Shown here in pieces: positions 18,280 through 26,959 of a stretch of 64,000 bases of DNA. The notes below the pieces were generated by a model. That model was not told the DNA's origin. It ran no database searches and worked only from the letters and a program-made list of their open reading frames with translations. The first letter of the stretch is position 1; every line of letters begins with the position of its first letter. This DNA is from Pelagibacteraceae bacterium AG-422-B15 (GTDB lineage Bacteria > Pseudomonadota > Alphaproteobacteria > Pelagibacterales > AG-422-B15), in the NCBI GenBank assembly GCA_003213715.1, contig QCMN01000002.1:10038-74037 (forward strand), read 5' to 3'. Both the position numbers and the translations under genes were made by a program.

Positions 18280-19230
18280 ATGAAAGCAATAGGATACAAC
18301 TCATACGGAGATATTGATAATCTTGAAATTTTAGAGGTTGCTGAGCCAAGACCTAAAAGATCAGAAGTAATTGTAAAGATCGAGGCCGTATCGCTTAATC
18401 CAGTTGATATCAAAAAAATGCAAGGTGGATTTAAGCCCATAACCAATCTGAATAAATTTCCTATATTCACTGCCTGTGATTTCAGTGGTGAAATTACTGA
18501 AATTGGAAGAGATGTAGGAGCTTTTAAAGTTGGTGATAAAGTATTTGGTATGACAGATATATTATTCAATGGAAGTGCCGCAGAAAAAATTAAAATTTCT
18601 CAAAAGTTAATTTCACTTGTACCAAAAAATATCAAGTTGCACGAAGCGAGTGCCATTCCTCAAGTAGCAAACACATCGTTGCTAGCATTGCGAAATATTG
18701 CCTCAATTCGAAAGGGACACAAGATCTTAATTAATGGTGCATCCGGAGGAGTGGGTTCTTTTGCAATTCAAATGGCAAAAATATATGAAACAGAAATAAC
18801 TGCGGTAACAAGTGATAGAAATTACGAATGGATTAAAAATGATTTTAATATAGATGACGTAGTTGATTATACAAAAGAAGATATTTTATCTTCATCAAAA
18901 AAATATGATATCGTTTTTGACGCAAATGGAAATCTATCTTTTCCCAACGCATCAAAAATATTGTCGGCTAACGGTATATATGTGACTACAAAAAATAATA
19001 TCTACAATAATATAGATGTGGCAAAACAACTGTTTCAAAGAAAAAAATCAAGAGTTGTATTATCTGGCAGAACATCAACTGCAAATTTAGATTTATTTAG
19101 AATGTGGATTGAAGATGGAAAGATTAAGCCCATCATCGAAAAAATATTTTCTTTTGATCAATATCTTGATGCTTATAATCATCTCAAAAGTGGTCGCGCA
19201 AAAGGCAAAATACTTTTAACCTTTAATTAA
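18280..19230 (+). CDS. Medium-chain dehydrogenase/reductase, NADPH:quinone oxidoreductase-like
   Basis: GroES-like N-terminus (VKIEAVSLNPVD) and the cofactor fold GASGGVGSFAIQMAK. Confidence 0.7.
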   Translation: MKAIGYNSYGDIDNLEILEVAEPRPKRSEVIVKIEAVSLNPVDIKKMQGGFKPITNLNKFPIFTACDFSGEITEIGRDVGAFKVGDKVFGMTDILFNGSAAEKIKISQKLISLVPKNIKLHEASAIPQVANTSLLALRNIASIRKGHKILINGASGGVGSFAIQMAKIYETEITAVTSDRNYEWIKNDFNIDDVVDYTKEDILSSSKKYDIVFDANGNLSFPNASKILSANGIYVTTKNNIYNNIDVAKQLFQRKKSRVVLSGRTSTANLDLFRMWIEDGKIKPIIEKIFSFDQYLDAYNHLKSGRAKGKILLTFN

Positions 19231-19233
19231 AAT

Positions 19234-20070
19234 ATGTCTGACATTGAGGTCAAAAATATTATTAATCCTGTTCCCGCAACAGACGGTGCTGGAGTAAAAT
19301 TAAAAAGAAGTATAGGTGTGGAGCCAAATTATTTTGATCCTTTTTTAATGTTGGACGAATTTGGTTCTGAAGACAGCAAGGACTATATAGCTGGTTTTCC
19401 ATCACATCCTCATAGAGGAATAGAGACAGTGACTTATATGCTGGCTGGAGAATTTGAGCATAAAGATAGTACTGGCGGAGAAGGAAGAATGACAGCAGGT
19501 GATGTGCAGTGGATGAAAACTGGCAGTGGAATTATTCACTCCGAAATGCCCGCTATGAAGGAGGGCAAGCTTCACGGTTTTCAGTTATGGATTAATATGC
19601 CTGCTAGCTTAAAAATGAGTAAGCCTGAATATCATTATATTGATGCCAACGAGATGAGTATGCATCACGATGAAGATAAAAAAATTAGAGTAATTGCTGG
19701 AAAATTTGAGAACGCTGAAGGGCCGATTAAAAAGCATAATGTTGAGCCAATATTCTTTGATGTTGAACTTAAGCAAAATAAGCAGTTTAGTTTTTCAATA
19801 CCCAAATCGCATAACAGTTTTGTTTACTTGGTTGATGGCAGAATAAAAATCGGTAACCTTTCTCATGATAATATTGAGGGATCTAAACTAGTATTGTTGA
19901 CAAATGGCAATAATTTGAAAGTATTCGCTGAAACCAATGCTAAGTTTTTATTAATCGCAGGTGAACCAATTGGTGAAAGAATTGCTCGTGGCGGACCATT
20001 TGTAATGAATACCAAAAGTGAGATCATTCAAGCGATTAATGACTATAATAATGGAACATTTGTAAGATAA
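19234..20070 (+). CDS. Pirin-family protein
   Basis: FPSHPHRGIETVTYML metal-binding signature. Bicupin size (278 aa). Confidence 0.85.
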   Translation: MSDIEVKNIINPVPATDGAGVKLKRSIGVEPNYFDPFLMLDEFGSEDSKDYIAGFPSHPHRGIETVTYMLAGEFEHKDSTGGEGRMTAGDVQWMKTGSGIIHSEMPAMKEGKLHGFQLWINMPASLKMSKPEYHYIDANEMSMHHDEDKKIRVIAGKFENAEGPIKKHNVEPIFFDVELKQNKQFSFSIPKSHNSFVYLVDGRIKIGNLSHDNIEGSKLVLLTNGNNLKVFAETNAKFLLIAGEPIGERIARGGPFVMNTKSEIIQAINDYNNGTFVR

Positions 20071-20078
20071 GGAAAAAT

Positions 20079-20540
20079 ATGAGTATTTATGACATTGAAG
20101 TAAAAGACATTGATATGAACTCTATCAAAATGGAAAAATTCAAGGGAAAAACTCTATTAATTGTAAACGTAGCAAGTGCTTGTGGTTTTACACCACAATA
20201 TACTGGCTTACAAAATCTCTATGATAAATATAAAGACAAAGGGTTAGAAATTTTAGCATTTCCCTGTAATCAATTTGGCGCCCAAGAAAAAGGGACGAAT
20301 GAAGAAATAAAAGATTTTTGTGACACAAAGTATAATGTATCCTTTCGTCTGTTTGATAAGATTGATGTTAATGGAGAAAATGCATCACCTCTTTTTGTTA
20401 AGCTTACTGAAGAAGCAGGCAGAGAGATACAGTGGAATTTTACAAAGTTTTTAATCAATAAAGAAGGTGAATTTGTTAGAGGTTTTGGTACACAAAAAAA
20501 ACCTGAAGAGATTGAAGAGCATATAAAAGCTATTATTTAA
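20079..20540 (+). CDS. Glutathione peroxidase (Cys type)
   Basis: VNVASACGFT (catalytic Cys), FPCNQFGAQE and WNFTKFLI. Confidence 0.9.
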   Translation: MSIYDIEVKDIDMNSIKMEKFKGKTLLIVNVASACGFTPQYTGLQNLYDKYKDKGLEILAFPCNQFGAQEKGTNEEIKDFCDTKYNVSFRLFDKIDVNGENASPLFVKLTEEAGREIQWNFTKFLINKEGEFVRGFGTQKKPEEIEEHIKAII

Positions 20541-20541
20541 G

Positions 20542-21117
20542 ATGTCAGACAGATTAAAAGAAATTTTTGTTGAACCACAAACTTGCTATAAATTTACTGA
20601 AAAGGAAGTTGCAAACGATACACTGAATGAACTTTATAATCTTGTTAAATGGGGCCCAACCTCGTTTAACTCTAGTCCAATGAGATTAAAGTTTCTTAAA
20701 AGTAGTACCTCAAAGGAAAAGCTGTCAAAATTAGTGAGTGATGATAATATTAGCAAAGTTATCAACGCACCTGTATGTACAATTATTGGAATGGATATAG
20801 AATTTTGGCGTGATCTTCCCAGAAACTATTTACGTGAGGATGCTAAGCAATATTTTGAAAATGATACAACCAAGTCTGAGGTTACAGCTTTTAGAAACTC
20901 ATCAATTCAGGGAGGTTACTTTATAAAAGCAGCAAATTCCCTTGGTTTATCAGTAGGGCCAATGTCTGGCTTCTCAAATGATCTGGTTGATAAAGAATTT
21001 TTTAATGGCACAACAATTAAAAGCAATTTTCTATGTAATTTGGGATACGCTGCTGAAGGTGGTTTTTATGAGAGAGCCCCGAGGTATGACTTTTCTGATA
21101 TTGCTGAAATAATTTAA
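20542..21117 (+). CDS. RutE-like nitroreductase-family protein (malonic semialdehyde reductase family)
   Basis: VKWGPTSFNSSP, AFRNSSIQGGY, GPMSGF and KSNFLCNLGY match my recollection of the E. coli RutE blocks. Confidence 0.75.
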   Translation: MSDRLKEIFVEPQTCYKFTEKEVANDTLNELYNLVKWGPTSFNSSPMRLKFLKSSTSKEKLSKLVSDDNISKVINAPVCTIIGMDIEFWRDLPRNYLREDAKQYFENDTTKSEVTAFRNSSIQGGYFIKAANSLGLSVGPMSGFSNDLVDKEFFNGTTIKSNFLCNLGYAAEGGFYERAPRYDFSDIAEII

Positions 21118-22085
21118 GCGGCAATCAAATTTAGATATGTATCTTCTAACTTATTGATATCTCTCGCTCTTATAAGTTCATTCACTTCTTGTTTAAATTT
21201 TTTAGATCCTGGAACTCCAAAACAAAGTGAAAGTAATGGACTGAGCAATTCATAGGTAGATACAGTTTCAATATTCATTTTAATATAATCAAAATACTTT
21301 TTCACGACATCGGACTTGTTAACTTGAATATTACTTTGACCATAAAAAATATGATCCACGTCTTTAATAAAAAAAGGGTTTGCCTGTACTGCTCGACCTA
21401 CCATCACTCCATCTAAATATTTCAATTGTTCAATACAGTCATCAATATTTGTCAAACCTCCATTCATGACAAATTTAATATCAGGAAATTCTTTTTTGAT
21501 ATTGTAAACAAATTCATATTTAAGTTCAGGCAATGTACGATTTTTTTTTGGATCAAGACCTTTAAGAAAAGCTTTACGGGCATGAATAAAAATAACTTTC
21601 ACATCACTCTCAAGAACTGTAGAAATGAAATTTCTAAAAAAATCATAAGAGTCAAATTCATCAACACCAATTCTACATTTTAATGAAACATCCATTGAAG
21701 TCTCTTCTCTCATTCCACTTAAGCAATCTCTAACCAGTTCTGCTTCTTTCATCAAACACGCCCCCATTTTCCCTTGAGAAACTTTTTTAGAGGGGCAACC
21801 AACATTTAAATTGATACCTTGATAATCAAACTTATTTGCTAAACTTGTTGAATATTTTAATAAGCCTATATCAGAACCACCAACTTGCAGGATGACAGGT
21901 CTTTCGATATTTTCTTTTCTAAGAAGTTTTTTGTAATCGCCTCTGTGTAAAGCTTGACTGGCTATCATTTCAGTAAATAAAACAGCTTCTTTTGAGATAA
22001 GACGGTACATGTACCTTGCGCTTGGAGTTGTTACTCCCATCATTGGTGCTACAGAAAAGCGATAATCAACGTTCAAATTATTCAT
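21114..22085 (-). CDS. dusA: tRNA-dihydrouridine synthase A
   Basis: The RFSVAPMMGVTT N-terminus is typical of DusA. TIM-barrel Dus blocks (NLNVGCPS). Confidence 0.8.
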   Translation of the reverse strand: MNNLNVDYRFSVAPMMGVTTPSARYMYRLISKEAVLFTEMIASQALHRGDYKKLLRKENIERPVILQVGGSDIGLLKYSTSLANKFDYQGINLNVGCPSKKVSQGKMGACLMKEAELVRDCLSGMREETSMDVSLKCRIGVDEFDSYDFFRNFISTVLESDVKVIFIHARKAFLKGLDPKKNRTLPELKYEFVYNIKKEFPDIKFVMNGGLTNIDDCIEQLKYLDGVMVGRAVQANPFFIKDVDHIFYGQSNIQVNKSDVVKKYFDYIKMNIETVSTYELLSPLLSLCFGVPGSKKFKQEVNELIRARDINKLEDTYLNLIAA

Positions 22086-22947
22086 AATTTAGTTTTTGCC
22101 TAACAGTTATAAGTACTCCACTACTTACAATACAAAGAATTCCAAAGCACACTATTATGTTTGGAATATCTCTAAAAAATAAGACGCTTATTAGCATATT
22201 ACTGACAATTTCAAAATAGTGAAATGGAGCTAAAATGCTTGCTTCAGCATTTTGATAAGCTTTTATAAATATAAAATGCACCAGAATCACAACTAAACCA
22301 ATTGAGCCCATCAAAATAATCTGACTAAAATTAGGATCACTGTCCCAATAAAAAGGAAGAAAGATAGTCATTATTAGAGCCCCAGGAATTGCGGTATAGC
22401 ACAGGCTTACCCATGGATCAGAAGTAAAGTTTACGCGGCGCGTGTAAACAAGATACATTGCATAAAAGAATCCTGAAAATAAGGCAAATAAAGAAAAATA
22501 ATTAAACTCACTAAACCCTGGCTGTATTACTAAAAGAGTTCCAAAAAAACCAAAAAATGCACAAAAGATCTTTAGTGAATTCAATTTTTCTCCCAAAATA
22601 AATGAAGACATGAATACCACCACGATGGGAGCAATGAGCATTATGCTTAATGCATTAGCAAGAGGGATTTGTGAAATTGATGCATAAAAGAATGCCGTTG
22701 CAAGAAATATAAAGGTACCTCTGATTAATTGATGCTTTGTTGATTGATTAACAAATTCTTTTTTTCCTTTTAAAAAATAAACAAGTGGTACTAAGAAAAT
22801 AAAATGGCTGAAAAAACGTCCCCAAATTATTTCAAGTATACCAATATCCTCGCTTAAGTACTTAGCAAGTGCATCATACAAAGGAGCTATTAATAATCCA
22901 AGGCATAACAAAGATATGCCCAAAATAACGTTCTGCTCTTTAAGCAT
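22078..22947 (-). CDS. DMT-superfamily (EamA-like) permease
   Basis: 289 aa with about 10 TM segments in two EamA-like halves. Confidence 0.6.
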   Translation of the reverse strand: MLKEQNVILGISLLCLGLLIAPLYDALAKYLSEDIGILEIIWGRFFSHFIFLVPLVYFLKGKKEFVNQSTKHQLIRGTFIFLATAFFYASISQIPLANALSIMLIAPIVVVFMSSFILGEKLNSLKIFCAFFGFFGTLLVIQPGFSEFNYFSLFALFSGFFYAMYLVYTRRVNFTSDPWVSLCYTAIPGALIMTIFLPFYWDSDPNFSQIILMGSIGLVVILVHFIFIKAYQNAEASILAPFHYFEIVSNMLISVLFFRDIPNIIVCFGILCIVSSGVLITVRQKLNYE

Positions 22948-22950
22948 GGT

Positions 22951-24129
22951 TTATTTGTTTAGTTCACGCATGGCCTGATCAATTCCCTCAATTGTGAGAG
23001 GAAACATTCGATCAGAAAAGATCTGCTTTATAATGGAAGTTGATGCAATTCTATCCCAATATCGCTCAGGTATCGGATTAAGCCAAATCGCATTTTCGTA
23101 TACGTTTAACATTCTAGTTAGCCAAGTTTCACCAGACTCTTCGTTCCAGAACTCTACACTTCCGCCAGGGTAGGTTATTTCATACGGACTCATTTCAGCG
23201 TCTCCAACAAATATTACTTTATAATCAGATGGGTATGTGTGCAGAACGTCCCATGTTTTGATATTGTCATTGTATCTGCGATTATTATCTTTCCAAACCG
23301 CATCATACAAGCAATTGTGGTAGTAGAAATATTCCATGTGTTTAAATTCTGTTCGTGCTGCAGAAAATAGCTCCTCACAGATTTTAACATGTGCATCCAT
23401 TGATCCACCAACATCAAAAAAAAGTAATACTTTGATTTTATTTCTTCGTTCAGGCATCATTTTAACATCAATGTAACCTTTATGAGCAGTAGACTTAATT
23501 GTATTATCTAAATCTAACTCAGTTTCAGCTCCTTCGCGCGCAAACTTTCTCAACCTTCTAAGAGCAATCTTTATATTTCGAGTACCAAGTTCTATATCGC
23601 CATCTAAGTTGCTAAATTCTCTTTTATCCCAAACTTTTACTGCCTTTTTATTTTTTCCTTCTTTCTGACCAATTCTTATTCCTTCAGGGTTATAGCCGTA
23701 TGCTCCAAATGGAGATGTTCCACCTGTTCCAATCCATTTGCTTCCACCTTGGTGCCTCTTTTTTTGCTCTTCCAACCTCTGTTTGAGTGTTTCCATTAAC
23801 TTGTCCCAACCACCCAAGGACTCAATCATCTTTTTTTCTTCATCAGTTAAATACTTCTGCCCCATCAGTTTTAACCATTCTTCTGGTATTTCTTTTGTTG
23901 TTTCACCTTCAGGGTTCTCTAACCCCTTAAATGAATGCCCAAAAACTCGATCAAATTTATCTAAATATCTCTCATCTTTGACTAATGCCGAGCGGCTTAG
24001 ATAATAAAAGTCGTTAACATTGAATGAGTCAACAACACGCTTATTCATCGCCTCCATCAACATCAAGTATTCCTTTAATGATACGGGTAAGCTCGCTTGT
24101 TTGAGGTCAAAAAAGAAATTAATAAACAT
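22951..24129 (-). CDS. VWA-domain protein, CoxE-like
   Basis: 392 aa. The C-terminal VWA region has a MIDAS-like FFDVGGSMD. It lies immediately downstream of a MoxR-class ATPase. Confidence 0.65.
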   Translation of the reverse strand: MFINFFFDLKQASLPVSLKEYLMLMEAMNKRVVDSFNVNDFYYLSRSALVKDERYLDKFDRVFGHSFKGLENPEGETTKEIPEEWLKLMGQKYLTDEEKKMIESLGGWDKLMETLKQRLEEQKKRHQGGSKWIGTGGTSPFGAYGYNPEGIRIGQKEGKNKKAVKVWDKREFSNLDGDIELGTRNIKIALRRLRKFAREGAETELDLDNTIKSTAHKGYIDVKMMPERRNKIKVLLFFDVGGSMDAHVKICEELFSAARTEFKHMEYFYYHNCLYDAVWKDNNRRYNDNIKTWDVLHTYPSDYKVIFVGDAEMSPYEITYPGGSVEFWNEESGETWLTRMLNVYENAIWLNPIPERYWDRIASTSIIKQIFSDRMFPLTIEGIDQAMRELNK

Positions 24130-24157
24130 ATAATATTATTTTATAGAGATTCTTACT

Positions 24158-25012
24158 CTACTCAACATTCTCATTCTCTCTACGAGATATGAAAGCTAAA
24201 CGCTCAAATAAATGAACATCTTGTTCATTCTTTAGCAAAGCTCCATGTAGAGGTGGTATTAGCTTTTTTGGATCCTTTTCTCTAAGGATTTTAGCATCTA
24301 CATCATCCGTCATGAGCAACTTTAGCCAATCAATTAGTTCAGAGGTAGATGGCTTCTTTTTAATTCCTGGAACTTCTCTAATATCGTAAAATATTTTAAA
24401 TGCTTCTTGAATTAGATCTTTTTTTATATCTGGATAATGTACTTCAACGATCTCTTCCATCGTATTTGGATCAGGAAACTTAATATAATGAAAAAAGCAC
24501 CTTCTAAGAAATGCGTCTGGTAATTCTTTTTCATTGTTTGATGTTATAATTACTATTGGCCTATTTTGAGCCTTAATTGTCTCACCAGTTTCGTAAACAA
24601 AAAATTCCATTTTATCTAATTCTAGTAGCAGATCGTTTGGAAATTCGATATCAGCCTTGTCAATTTCATCTATTAGTAGGACTGGCCTTTTATCGCTCTC
24701 AAAAGCATTCCATAACTTACCTTTGCTAATATAATTTTTGATATCCTTAACTTTTTCATCTCCAAGCTGCGAATCTCGCAATCTTGTAACAGCATCATAT
24801 TCGTAGAGACCCTGTTGAGCTTTAGTTGTGGACTTAATATGCCAAGTGATTATTTCAGCATCTAGAGATTTTGCTACCTCATGAGCTAGCATTGTTTTAC
24901 CAGTGCCTGGCTCACCTTTAACTATTATTGGTCTTTCAAGAGTAATAGCGGCATTTACTGCTACTTTAAGATCCTCTGTTGCAATATAGGAGCTGGTTCC
25001 TTCAAACTTCAT
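24158..25012 (-). CDS. MoxR/CoxD-like AAA+ ATPase
   Basis: Walker A is GEPGTGKTMLAHEVAKSL and Walker B is LLIDEIDKA. 284 aa. Confidence 0.8.
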   Translation of the reverse strand: MKFEGTSSYIATEDLKVAVNAAITLERPIIVKGEPGTGKTMLAHEVAKSLDAEIITWHIKSTTKAQQGLYEYDAVTRLRDSQLGDEKVKDIKNYISKGKLWNAFESDKRPVLLIDEIDKADIEFPNDLLLELDKMEFFVYETGETIKAQNRPIVIITSNNEKELPDAFLRRCFFHYIKFPDPNTMEEIVEVHYPDIKKDLIQEAFKIFYDIREVPGIKKKPSTSELIDWLKLLMTDDVDAKILREKDPKKLIPPLHGALLKNEQDVHLFERLAFISRRENENVE

Positions 25013-25153
25013 ATTATTAAGATTAATTTCAGAGAAACATATTATATTTCAGTGATTTATCAATCATAAAAATTGTAATGATCCGTTGACTTAAATAATA
25101 AAAACCACTAAAAGCACCCAACTGTTTTTAATCTTAATTCTCAAGGAGTAAAT

Positions 25154-25564
25154 ATGGTCAAACTTCCAAAAACCTACAAGCCAACAAAATCTGAAAAATT
25201 CATGAATGCAAAGCAAAAAGAATATTTTAGAACCAAGCTTAAAAATTGGAAGGATGAGATTTACAGAGAAAGTAGAGAAACAGTCGAAAATCTACAAGAC
25301 TCAATTGCTCCAGCTGACATGTCTGATAGAGCCACCCAAGAGTCAGAGAAATCCCTTGAGTTAAAGTCTCGAGATAGGCAACGTAAATTAATCGCAAAGA
25401 TAGATGCTGCGCTTGCTAGGATAGAAAATGGAAGCTATGGCTATTGTGAAGTTACTGGAGAACCCATAAATATCGAAAGATTAGACGCTAGGCCAGTAAC
25501 TACTCTTAGTATTGAAGCTCAAGAAATGCACGAGAGAGACGAAAAGCTTCATTCTGACGATTAA
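25154..25564 (+). CDS. dksA: RNA polymerase-binding transcription factor DksA (variant with one Cys and no zinc finger)
   Basis: Coiled-coil tip DxxDxA (DMSDRA). The C-terminal globular region is YGYCEVTGEP...LSIEAQ. AAGGAG Shine-Dalgarno at 25143-25148. Confidence 0.85.
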   Translation: MVKLPKTYKPTKSEKFMNAKQKEYFRTKLKNWKDEIYRESRETVENLQDSIAPADMSDRATQESEKSLELKSRDRQRKLIAKIDAALARIENGSYGYCEVTGEPINIERLDARPVTTLSIEAQEMHERDEKLHSDD

Positions 25565-25675
25565 ATAGTTATTAACAGCGAAAATCAGCCAATTTTAGAT
25601 ATATATTTAAGTTAATCTAATTGAGTTATATCATTAGATAAAGAATCATCTGTTGATAAAAACTATAAAATTTAA

Positions 25676-25690
25676 GAACATTAATTGAAC
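25676..25690 (+). promoter_or_regulatory. Alphaproteobacterial-type LexA (SOS) box, perfect GAAC-N7-GAAC
   Basis: GAACattaattGAAC lies 107 nt upstream of the recA start codon. Confidence 0.55.
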
Positions 25691-25742
25691 AAATTATATT
25701 TTATCGTTATTTAACAATAGTTTATAGGGTATTGTAAAATGA

Positions 25743-25757
25743 GAACAAAATGTGTAC
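25743..25757 (+). promoter_or_regulatory. Second, imperfect SOS-box-like element, GAAC-N7-GTAC
   Basis: GAACaaaatgtGTAC lies 40 nt upstream of the recA start. One mismatch to the direct-repeat consensus. Confidence 0.35.
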
Positions 25758-25796
25758 AAATGAATCATATATTAAAACTAAGTTTGGAGAAAGCAC

Positions 25797-26876
25797 ATGA
25801 CAAAAGCAAATTTAAAAGTGGTAGACGATAAAAAGATGGATAACTCAGAAAAAGCAAAAGCTTTAGACGTAGCAATGTCACAAATTGAGCAAACTTACGG
25901 AAAAGGCTCAATTATGAAACTTGGCCAAAGGACCGTTATGGATGTTGAGGCTATTTCAACTGGGTCGTTATCTTTAGATGTAGCTTTAGGCATAGGTGGA
26001 CTGCCAAAAGGTAGAATAGTAGAAATTTATGGACCAGAATCATCGGGAAAAACAACTCTTGCATTACATGTCATTGCCGAAGCGCAGAAAAAAGGTGAGA
26101 ATTGTGCATTTATTGATGCTGAGCATGCATTGGATCCTGCTTATGCAAAAAAACTCGGCGTAAACATTGATGAACTTATCATTTCGCAGCCAGATACAGG
26201 TGAGCAAGCTCTTGAAATAACTGACTCACTTGTTAGATCGAAGGCAATATCAGTTCTAGTTGTCGACTCTGTTGCAGCATTAACCCCTAAAGCAGAAATT
26301 GAGGGTGAAATGGGAGATGCGCACATGGGTCTTCAAGCAAGATTAATGAGTCAAGCATTAAGAAAACTTACAGGCTCTGTTTCTAAATCTAATTGTATGG
26401 TAATATTCATTAACCAAATTCGAATGAAAATTGGTGTGATGTTTGGTAGTCCTGAAACAACAGCTGGTGGTAATGCTTTGAAGTTTTACTCATCGTGCAG
26501 ATTAGATATAAGAAGGATAGGAGCAATAAAAGATAAAGACGAAATTATTGGAAACCAAACAAGAGTTAAGGTTGTAAAAAATAAAGTTGCTCCGCCGTTC
26601 CGCGTAGTGGAGTTTGACATTATGTACGGTGAAGGAATCTCAAAATTGGGTGAGCTCATTGATTTGGGTGTAAAAGTCGGCACCATTGAAAAGTCAGGTG
26701 CATGGTTTTCTTATAAAGGAAATAAGATTGGCCAAGGACGAGAAAACTCAAAGATCTTTTTAAAGGATAATCCTGCGGTAGCTAATGAAATTGAGTCAAT
26801 AATTAGAGGACAATCTGAGGAAATACCTGAGCAAATTGGAGAAAATGAAGAAGTCGAAGATACTCCAGAAGAATAA
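25797..26876 (+). CDS. recA: Recombinase RecA
   Basis: [13 protein letters not shown] Walker A and [28 protein letters not shown]. Confidence 0.97.
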   Translation: MTKANLKVVDDKKMDNSEKAKALDVAMSQIEQTYGKGSIMKLGQRTVMDVEAISTGSLSLDVALGIGGLPKGRIVEIYGPESSGKTTLALHVIAEAQKKGENCAFIDAEHALDPAYAKKLGVNIDELIISQPDTGEQALEITDSLVRSKAISVLVVDSVAALTPKAEIEGEMGDAHMGLQARLMSQALRKLTGSVSKSNCMVIFINQIRMKIGVMFGSPETTAGGNALKFYSSCRLDIRRIGAIKDKDEIIGNQTRVKVVKNKVAPPFRVVEFDIMYGEGISKLGELIDLGVKVGTIEKSGAWFSYKGNKIGQGRENSKIFLKDNPAVANEIESIIRGQSEEIPEQIGENEEVEDTPEE

Positions 26877-26901
26877 GAAATTCTTATAAATTGATCATAG
26901 C

Positions 26902-26926
26902 AAAAAGGCGCTTGAAGCGTCTTTTT
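26902..26926 (+). terminator. Rho-independent terminator after recA
   Basis: AAAAAGGCGCT-tga-AGCGTCTTTTT: a GC-containing stem (one G-U pair) followed by a T-run, 26 nt after the recA stop. Confidence 0.7.
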
Positions 26927-26959
26927 GCGTTTTAGTCATCTCGATGTTATACCTTAACT

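Noticed and set aside
25086-25114. Sigma-70-like promoter for dksA: TTGACT (25086-25091), a 17-nt spacer, then TAAAAG (25109-25114).
   Set aside because: The -35 is good, but the -10 lacks the invariant final T, and alphaproteobacterial promoters are poorly predicted by eye. It is too weak to list as a feature without transcription-start-site data.
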